64,000 nucleotides of DNA from Eledone cirrhosa (taxonomy: Eukaryota). Below, one piece after another: positions 55,262 to 64,000 of the stretch. Both the position numbers and the translations under genes were made by a program. The stretch covers positions 97,402,001 through 97,466,000 of the forward strand of contig OZ024743.1 of NCBI GenBank assembly GCA_964016885.1, given 5' to 3'. The notes beneath the pieces are model-generated. The model had not been told where the DNA came from and ran no database searches. It was given only the letters and a program-made list of their open reading frames with translations. How positions within the stretch are numbered: the stretch's first letter is position 1; each line of letters opens with the position of its first letter.

Positions 55262-56254
55262 CTTTCTTTTTATTTGCCACCAGGGCTTCAAAAAGTGGGA
55301 CAAGTACAATGGGGGGAGTTTACATAAAAAGGCGTCCTCAATAAGGAGGAGGCAATAACAAAATATAAAAAATAATATATAAAATATAACAAAAATAAAT
55401 TTAATAACAAAATCCTCAATAGGGAGGAGGCGCATTGTGGGGTCGCACACATCCACGAAAAAAGTGTGCAACCCTGCTCCTCAGGAGCACAGAGAGGGGG
55501 TGCTCCCTTGATCTTTCATCTTCCTCACCTATAGTCTGATGTAGAGTGAAGGCCCATTCACACGGGCCATTCTCGCCACTTTCACCCATCTTTCATAAAA
55601 TCGGCTGGGGTGCCACACCTCTCTCTCCATCCTGATCCTTCTTCCGAAATGATATCGGAAGAAGCGGACCAGTTGTTGGCCAGAGAGAAAGGTGTCTGAC
55701 CTCAGTCCTTTCAGACGCGTCCACCATACAACCTCTTCGCCATGGCTATTACGCACAGAAACACCGCCTCTTCTTGGTTTTTGAAGAGGAGAGGCAGCTA
55801 GATCGTTACAATTGACTCGGTGGTCAACCGGATCGGTCCCACCCTTGACAGCTGTTGTTCGACATAGCCGCACAGATCGGCAATGCCCGAGCAGTGTACC
55901 AATGCGTGTGCAACGGTTTCATCGTCGCACACGTATCTGCGACAGATCTTTTTCGAGAGGTCCCTACCCGGGCGCCGGTGTCTGTAGAGCCTTTCTCGAA
56001 CAGGCAGAGCCCCTTGGTAGCACTGCCAGGCCAGGGACATCTGGAAGTTATCCATGGGTCCCGAGCTGAATGTCCTACCGAACAGGTTGGCCAGTTCGTC
56101 TTCCTCCATGCCTGGGGCTTCTCCGAGGGCGTCGTCGCACCTGCTAACCACTAGCCCTCTATAGAATGACGAGGTGGATTCTCCACTGACAGCGGGTTTC
56201 GCCTGCCAGAGAGCCGTGACCGCCTGGGCACACTCGGTGTGACAGGCGCCCAGT
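55261..56254 (-). mobile_element. Tx1/L1-like LINE 3' fragment (C-terminal zinc-finger region and 3' UTR) between (TA)n runs
   Basis: LAWQCYQGALPVRERLYRH..C..CDDETVAHALVHC; VVWWTRLKG; A-rich end AAATAAAAAGAAAG. Confidence 0.8.
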
Positions 56255-56256
56255 CT

Positions 56257-56429
<173 letters not shown>

Positions 56430-58192
56430 AATATATAGTGTATTTGATTCAGTGAATTACGGTAATGGTGTTCCAATATGAGCACTTAATAACGAGACAA
56501 CCGACGAAGTTTCGTTTACATGTTTTCATTGTGTATCGAGCTTTTACGCGCGTTTCACAGAGGATTGGCTCAAATTCATCCATAGAGTCACGGACTCGAC
56601 TCCAGTATCGATGTGCTCGTTAGAATAGTGATTGATACAACAGAAAATAAAGTGCTTTGGAAATGTCGATACACGATAAAATAAAATATGAACTTCATCA
56701 TTTTTATTCTTATATATATATATATACTCACAAACGACCGTATATATATATATATATATATATATACGGTCGTTTGTGAGTGTGTGCGTGAATTAAGATA
56801 AATATATTTAGAGAAATATGTTTTGCATTTCACTTCAACATTAGCTTCAATGCATTCATTGACTTTTCCTGTTTTATGTAAAATATTGGCTCCAAAATGA
56901 ACAGCCACAGCATGATTGAGTTTAACAATTCGAGACATTTGACATCAACGTATGACCGCAATGTTTAGCGTTGGAAGATGGTTTGAATAACAGGAAACAA
57001 TCGCGAAATACCGTAATACATTGTGTCTTAGAAGGAGAATAGCCGAATGATTAAGATATACCCGGCACAATGCCACTCTGTGGTATCTTGTGAAAATGTA
57101 TTTTACTACAGTTCCAGTTCTACCTATATTTCATTAATTAATTGTGGAGACGAAATATATGCAGGATCCCGTCGTATGGATTGTACCTGTTATTCAAATG
57201 TTCGGCGTTGATACTCATTAAATACCTCTGACTCTCTATAAGAATTACGGTAAAGCGATTAATTAGAGTCCCATTCCTTCTTGAGCATAATGATTAAACG
57301 TTAAATAGGATGTATGTGAAATTAGGTAACGTTTCAGATCTGGTTATCATAATACTTTCTTTTTTATCTTATTTGCTCTCCTTTGCACTGTATTACGATC
57401 CTGCATGTCTTTCTAAGGATTATGTTAATCTGTCCAATGCCCTCGAAAACTTCCGCTTTGCTAACCAGGAGATCACTTTAATAATGTCTAATGGTTCTTT
57501 CACACAATATAGTATATTTATTCGCTATGATAGTGAGATTGTTTACGAGCTGTTTATTGCTGAATTTTAACGGAAGAGAGGAAAACCTGAAACCTTACAT
57601 TATTATAACGTATGAGGTTTAACAATAAACTGTGGCATGTATGCGTTTCCAAGAACGTAAATTTGTGAAGTGACGAGAGAATAAATCGAAGCAATAGTAA
57701 AATCCAAAGTCAACCACACCTCTTTTACTACATCTGCATACTCTTATCTTAAAGTACACAAGAAAGATTTCTGGAAATATAGTATAAAGACCTTCTTTTA
57801 TAAATACTTATATAAGGAAGGATATTATGTATGGATATTTTCTTGATTTATTCGTCTTTTTGTGTAAATGTGAATCCACTCAACTGTCGTACTGATTTAG
57901 TATTCTTATAAAACATAAAAAGTAAAATCTGAAAAATATAAAATCAGAATTTGTTCCCCATGGTACTTAAAGAAAAGTGATAAATCATAGATCTTTAATT
58001 GCTTGTATACTAAAATATTACTCACCAAAGAGTATGTTTGTAAAAATGAAGGATTTATTTCATAAATATAACAACAAAAAACAAATTAATAATTGAAATA
58101 AAGCAATCCATTTACAAGCGATGAGCAAATTTGAATTCTGAAAGTGTTAGCTTCTGGTAAGCTGCTACAACATAGGTTTAACTAGAAAATAG

Positions 58193-58320
58193 TGGTCCTG
58201 TGCTACATATTTGACCAAAAATAGTTATGGTGTCCTTATAGAGGTCCTGTGTTACATATTTCACCAGAAATAGTTATGGGGTACTTACGGAGCTCCTGTG
58301 CTACATATTTCACCAGAAAA
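58193..58320. repeat. 49 bp minisatellite, ~2.6 copies
   Basis: CCTGTG(C/T)TACATATTT at 58197, 58246 and 58295. Confidence 0.85.
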
Positions 58321-58969
58321 GCTGCAATCGATTAATATTTACTGGCATTTATTTTCCCAACCCCAAAGGAATGTCGAACAAAGTTGACCATGAACCGATT
58401 TGAACTCGGGAAATATTTAATCAATCGCCCTGTTCTTTCTGCTATGCGCAGCTTAATGTTTAGGAATAAATAGTGAGACCTTAAAAATGTGCTACTTTCT
58501 AGATATTTCTGAAAATGTCGATGGCTTGATTATATGTATCAGGCCATCGTTATTTCCGCAAAGATCCGCAAATAAGAATAAAACACACGTCAGTGTATAT
58601 GTTATTTAGATATAAAATACAAACAACGTCAGAATAACGGATAAGGATAAATATGAAGGCAAAATTATATTGATAAATTTTAAAGGTTATGTTTTCGAAT
58701 TTAGAATTGACCAACCATAGTTGTTGACATTTATAGATCACATTTGAATGACGGGAGCGTTCATGTGTTGTCTTTCTCATGATATAGCATCGTTCTTGAC
58801 GTACACTATATATATTAAAAAGACAACATATGAAAGTGGGGGATAGTATGAGGGGAAAAGAGTGGAAGTAATCTTTAGTAGGGCAAGCTGAATCTTTTCT
58901 TTTAAAATTCTCGACTCAAGGAGGTGTATATATATATATCTCTCTAAATATATATATATATATATATTT

Positions 58970-59000
<31 letters not shown>

Positions 59001-59717
59001 GAGAGATGGGAGAGTGAGAGAGAGAGAATGACAAACAGATTAAGGGGCAGACAGGAAGGGTCCATTTTATATGGGATTAATATAAAATATAAAGCGATAG
59101 AAAAGAAGACAGGAAGGGAGAGAGAGAGAGGGGGGGGGGTTATTTGTGTGTGTGTGTGAATGAAAGATAAAAGAGGGTGAGCAATAAAGACCAGGAGAAT
59201 GATAGTGTTAAGACTTAAAATAGGCGCTGCACTCAGATTATGGCAAAAGTGAAAGAGTAAACAGAAATAATCAATTATGACTTTAAAGCATCTGTGTGGA
59301 AAATAGAAGAGATAGTTGTTTCATATTTGTTAAAGTAGTTTTAAGTATGCAAAATGAAAATATCATCTAAATATCACGAAGGTCATACTGCTCTATAAGA
59401 TAAACCAAGCGGTAAGGCCACTGATCTGTTAACAACATTTTTGTTTGTTTTTAAGAAATAATTATTATATCTGTCTTTGATTTTCTTTGCGATAAAACAA
59501 GTTATGAAATATCCCAGTGAAGAGATGTCGCCATTAAGACGACGGTTAAATATACAAATGAGGCAATCCATCGCAGGTGAGTAATGGATATAACATTTCT
59601 GTGTACACCGAATTTGTGTTACTGTTTAGTCTCAGGGCAAACAATTTTATGATTAAACACTATTAAAGCCATGATCATTTCCTCTTTTTCTTTCGGTATT
59701 TTCTATCCCGGACAACA

Positions 59718-59902
59718 GAATTGACAGTATCGGTAGAGGCTTGGACGCCATGCTTTCCAGCATAGTTACATCTCTTTACGGTCTGAGTTCAAATCCCGTC
59801 GAGGTTAACTTTGCCTTTCATCCTTACGGGGTCGATAAAATAAAGTACCAGTAATGCACTGGTGATTTGCTGGCCTTGTGCCAAAAGTAGAAATAATTAT
59901 TA
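59718..59902 (+). mobile_element. tRNA-derived SINE
   Basis: Same family as 53843-54221. Confidence 0.85.
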
Positions 59903-60159
59903 TATGTCCTTTTATATGATGTTGCAGTGTAGGTGATTACAGTGAGATTTATCCATTAGCTACATATAGACGATCGTAAGACCAAATAGAAGGTCGTATG
60001 GTTACTTGATAAAATGATTCTTAAAGTGCTATTAGGTAAGATGACAGAATACGCCTAGGTAAGATTTTATGAGTTATTCATTTAGAATTGTAACCTGCAT
60101 GTCGTTTATAAAACGTCACAGCTATGCAGTGTAATGATTTCTGATTTTGACATATGTTT

Positions 60160-60802
60160 AAGGGAGGGGAAAGTCGATTAAATCGACCGCAGTGCGTTAC
60201 TGGTACTTTAATTTATCGACCCTGTAAGGATGAAAGGCAAAGCTAATGTCAGTGGGATTTGAACACAGAATGTAAATGACCGTAACTGTCTCGGTAAAGT
60301 ATGTTGTCCTTCGCCCTACCGATATTGCCAATCCACTGCCCTTCAAATTTGTAGTATAATAAAGTAGAAAGTTTGGATCGGGATCAAAATCATTTACCAT
60401 CAATCTACAGCAATCTAACATCATACAAGTAACACGTAATATAATAATTGTTTCTACTTTTGGCACAAGGCCAGTGGATTACTGGTGCTTTATTTTATCG
60501 ACCACGTAAGGATGAAAGGCAAAGTTAACCACGGAGGGATTTGAACTCAGACCGTAAAGGGCCGTAACTCAATGCTGCAAAGCATGACGTCGGACCCTCT
60601 ACCGATACTGCCAATCCACCACGTAATAATATGATAATTGTTTCTACGTTAGGCACAAGGCCAGCAATTACCCAGTGCATTTTATCGACCCCGTAAGGAT
60701 GAAAGGCAAAGTTAACCTTGGGCGGATTTGAACTCAGAATGGCAAGGGCCGTAACTCTATACGTCAAAGCATGGCGTCCGACCCTCTACCAATACTGCCA
60801 AT
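60160..60802 (-). mobile_element. Three head-to-tail SINE copies
   Basis: Units at ~60160-60337, 60444-60618 and 60632-60802; reverse complement of the 53843 family. Confidence 0.85.
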
Positions 60803-61206
60803 AATGATGAGCTAACTACAGCGACAATCACCAAACGCAAGTCAGATTATAATGCTTAGTAATACTGATTCTGACGGGACATGAACTGCCTCAGCCGAGT
60901 AAATATGTATGATTCAGTGTAAGGATTTAACTATAAAGATGGGATATTTGCGATACTAAACAGTCAAAAGCAAAGGACACTAAACCACATTATATGAGTA
61001 AGAACGTTGATTAGAGTGATGCAGTTTCTTAACATGTACTATATCGTATACGGTTTATCAATTATCAGCATGAATATTAGTAAGGTGTCATATTAGTTCA
61101 TGAATGCATGCGTGTGTTCCTTATGTACATGATGTGATCCTTTCTTGGTTTCAAATATCTATTATTAGGACAATGGGATTGATGAGTTAATATCTGTATA
61201 CAACAA

Positions 61207-61592
61207 CTACAACGGTACGCGATGGGGCCCACCCACAGCCCCGGTGAACAGAATGGAGAAGGCGTTTCCCCGGAGGACGGCAAGGGAGACGCGCTGGAAA
61301 AGCCACTCCAACTCGCGCGGCTCACACCTGCGGCTGGCCAGCTCAGCGCCTACGGTGGTGAGTAAGGAGGTAGCCCTGTGGCCGATGACACCAGAAGTCT
61401 CCACTGCCAGGGGTACGACCGCAAATCTATCCGAGAGCGACCGGTATTTGAAGAGTTTGGCCACCTCAGCCCGACGTGGAGCAGAACCTGGGTCAGTCGC
61501 AGACTGCACCAGGTTGTGGCTGCAGAAAGTGTTGGTGCAAGTGGCATCCCAGACGAGGGGTTTGCCATCGCGGAACGGGAAGATGCCACAGT
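61207..61592 (-). mobile_element. CRE-type RLE LINE 3' fragment (endonuclease)
   Basis: GKPLVWDATCTNT..AE..K..KY..VPLAVETSG..LFQRVSLAVLRGNA; GC-rich island. Confidence 0.8.
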
Positions 61593-63120
61593 AATGTCTT
61601 TACAAATTTTCATATCTTTGAGTTTTCACTTAAATTTCGCCGTGTTATTCCTTGAATTTAATCGGTATTTATGTGAATTTAGTTCTAAGCATGTGCTGAT
61701 GCTACTTTAAATGGCTGTCTAACAGATGTTCAGCACATCATTGGTTCAACTAATCACTTTTTAGAATAATCATTCATCAATTTGCGCCAACATTCTAAGA
61801 CCTTGCCGTCCTTCGGGGAAATGCTTTCTCTATTTTGTCCGCTGGGGCTGTGGGGAGGCCACCAATATGATTGACTGACTTGTCATTTTATCCGTCAGAT
61901 GTTGTTAAACCTGATGAGACAATACATGTATTAGTTTGTCATAACATTGCATATAATTGTAAGACTACATATGGGTTCAAATGGAGGCATTACCAATTCA
62001 AGGTAAGACTAAGGGTTTAAAAATGAGAATTTACAATTTAAATTCAGGTCTCAAAATCATGTTTTTATCAGCAAAGTATTGAGGTATAAATCTCATATAT
62101 TTGTAATATCTTGTTTTGTTTTCAATTGTAAATCCAGTGACGGCAGCGATGAACAATCATAACAAATTATGAGATGACTGCCAGTAAAGTTATACACTTG
62201 TGTCTCTCTTTGAAAAATGTTCACTTGGTGCTGATTCTCTGGTCATTATAAAATCATTGTTCAAAGGACAAGCACTTTAACTCTTAAACGATTAGGTTCA
62301 ACACTCTCCAGAAACAATCTTATTGTGCAACGATGCTAGAAGCCGCACACGCTGTCATATGCTGTAATTCCATAGAAAACGCACTATTATGCTTGTGATT
62401 AAAAGGAAGAGTCTTCCCATTTAGTGTGGTTTATTGTACCGTGTACTCGAATTGATCAAATATTCCCTGTTACAATTTCTCTATACGATACATGATCTAT
62501 TCTTGACTAAATGGGTCAAGTCAGTTTAGGTTTTCGAAGTGACATAAGCTTACTATGAAATCACTATTCTCAACTTGAAATGATATTTCCCACTTTGAAG
62601 TAATATCTACCCATGATTAAATCATCAATCTCACGTGGATCTAACATTGCTTACTTTGAAAGCGTTATTCTAGACTTGAATTGGTTCATTCATACTTAGA
62701 ACTACACTGTAGTATAATACGACTGGTTTGTCTAAATTCTTAGATCACGTTTATTGGATGATGTCAATTGTAATATGGAATAAAGAATAATGTATTAATA
62801 TATCAATATATTTCAGTGCATTTGGTTGTGTAGATCGTAAGTGTATATAAAAAAGGATATATATTAAATAATTGGCCATCGAAGTAGAGCCTGCCCCGTG
62901 GATATTTATTCCATAGTATAAGAATGGTAAATACAAAAGTAATGTCTTTTTGCATCCATGGTTAGTATTTGAACATATTTTGCACTAATTATTATAAATT
63001 ACAATATCTTAAATAAATTGTTGAATGTATGTCTAAACATATTTATATTCTATTTCCTTATTTCTCAGTGTAACTGATTCTGCTATTTATATAATTCATA
63101 TTCACTTGTTCAATAAAGCT

Positions 63121-63262
63121 TGTGAAGGCGCATGGCTTAGTGGTTAGAGCATTGGGCTTGCAATCGAAAGGTTGTGAGTTCAATTCTCGGTGATTTGTTG
63201 TTTCCTTGAACAAGACACTTTATTTCACGGTGCTCCAGTTTACTCAGCTGTAGAAATGAGAT
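63121..63262 (+). mobile_element. tRNA-derived SINE head
   Basis: TGGCTTAGTGGTTAGAGC A box, GAGTTCAATTC B box, then TCCTTGAACAAGACACTTTATTTCACG SINE body. Confidence 0.8.
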
Positions 63263-64000
63263 GATAGGACTGGGGTCCCTATCATTAAATTACCCAAGAT
63301 ACCTCCAAAGGGATATAACTTGGAGGAGGCCAGCTAAACCTGCATAGGTGCGAGCTGTCACACACAATAAAGCTAGGCCACATAATAAACATCTTAAACC
63401 ATGTAGAAAGTTTAATCTCAAAATAAAAATATTCCATTAAACAACCCGTTGATTAAAGAGTTAAACGACGTAGTTTCAACAATTTTAATTTTTTTAAATA
63501 TCACGCAATCACTTTCGTGACCCGTTCAATGAAATAAGCGGTTATGAAAAACAGTGCCATTATTGTGTGTTTCATTTTATAAGATATATTAATGGTGTAG
63601 GAGAAACGTTGTTAGTGGTACGCAACATCATTTCTATAGAATAGAATAACCGCAGCTGACTGCCCTTGAACTCCATAACATATATATGTTCTATAGAGAA
63701 CACCGAGGAAATCTTCTTGTATGCACCAGAATTTCATAATCTGGTAGTAAGAGGATTAGTATGATATCCTCTAATAAATTCTAATAAGCTCTCGTAGTTG
63801 ACTGACGTAAAATATGGAAATGGTTTAATAAAAAAAATAAATTTTAATTTTCCGGATGAGGAGGTGTGGTGTTTTTTTCTTTTCCTCGTAAAAAGGTAAA
63901 GAATTGAAATCTGCTTATAACAATTTGTTACAAGATTTCTTTGATCCTGTTTCTTTGAAAACATTCTAGAATAAAATATTCTGTTTCTGATCAAATAGAA

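Noticed and set aside
57310-57570. 86 aa ORF as a host exon
   Set aside because: No recognisable domain and no convincing splice or neighbouring exon support
61207-61592. GC-rich island as a horizontally acquired gene
   Set aside because: Explained by a CRE-type LINE endonuclease fragment
61907-61955. CTGATGA-GACAA..TTGTC hammerhead candidate
   Set aside because: Followed by ATAA instead of GAAA and has no stem I; at best a decayed motif
63121-63200. tRNA gene
   Set aside because: No complete acceptor stem, and it runs directly into a SINE body seen elsewhere in the window

Overview
AT-rich, microsatellite-saturated eukaryotic DNA. No host protein-coding exon is supported, so it is intergenic or intronic. 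The tRNA-derived SINEs and repeat landscape suggest an octopus or other coleoid cephalopod (inference). Almost all six-frame ORFs are translations of (TA)n, (CA)n or (GA)n. The real content is transposon-derived: two disrupted Neptune-like Penelope retroelements (PLEs, RT + GIY-YIG), the 3' end of a probable Hydra-type PLE, CR1-, Tx1-, R4/Dong- and CRE-type LINE fragments, three non-autonomous Helitrons, two tiny Tc1/mariner-like MITEs and many SINEs. The main hidden signal is in the short islands sitting between (TA)n runs. They form about 14 sequence-unrelated families, each carrying a hand-foldable minimal type-I hammerhead ribozyme, some with non-canonical cores (U3-A8, U4A, U4C). Most are asymmetric head-to-head fold-backs with one long arm and one short arm ending at a fixed internal TA site. 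All structures were folded by eye, nothing was searched or computed, and element boundaries are approximate to about 10-20 bp.
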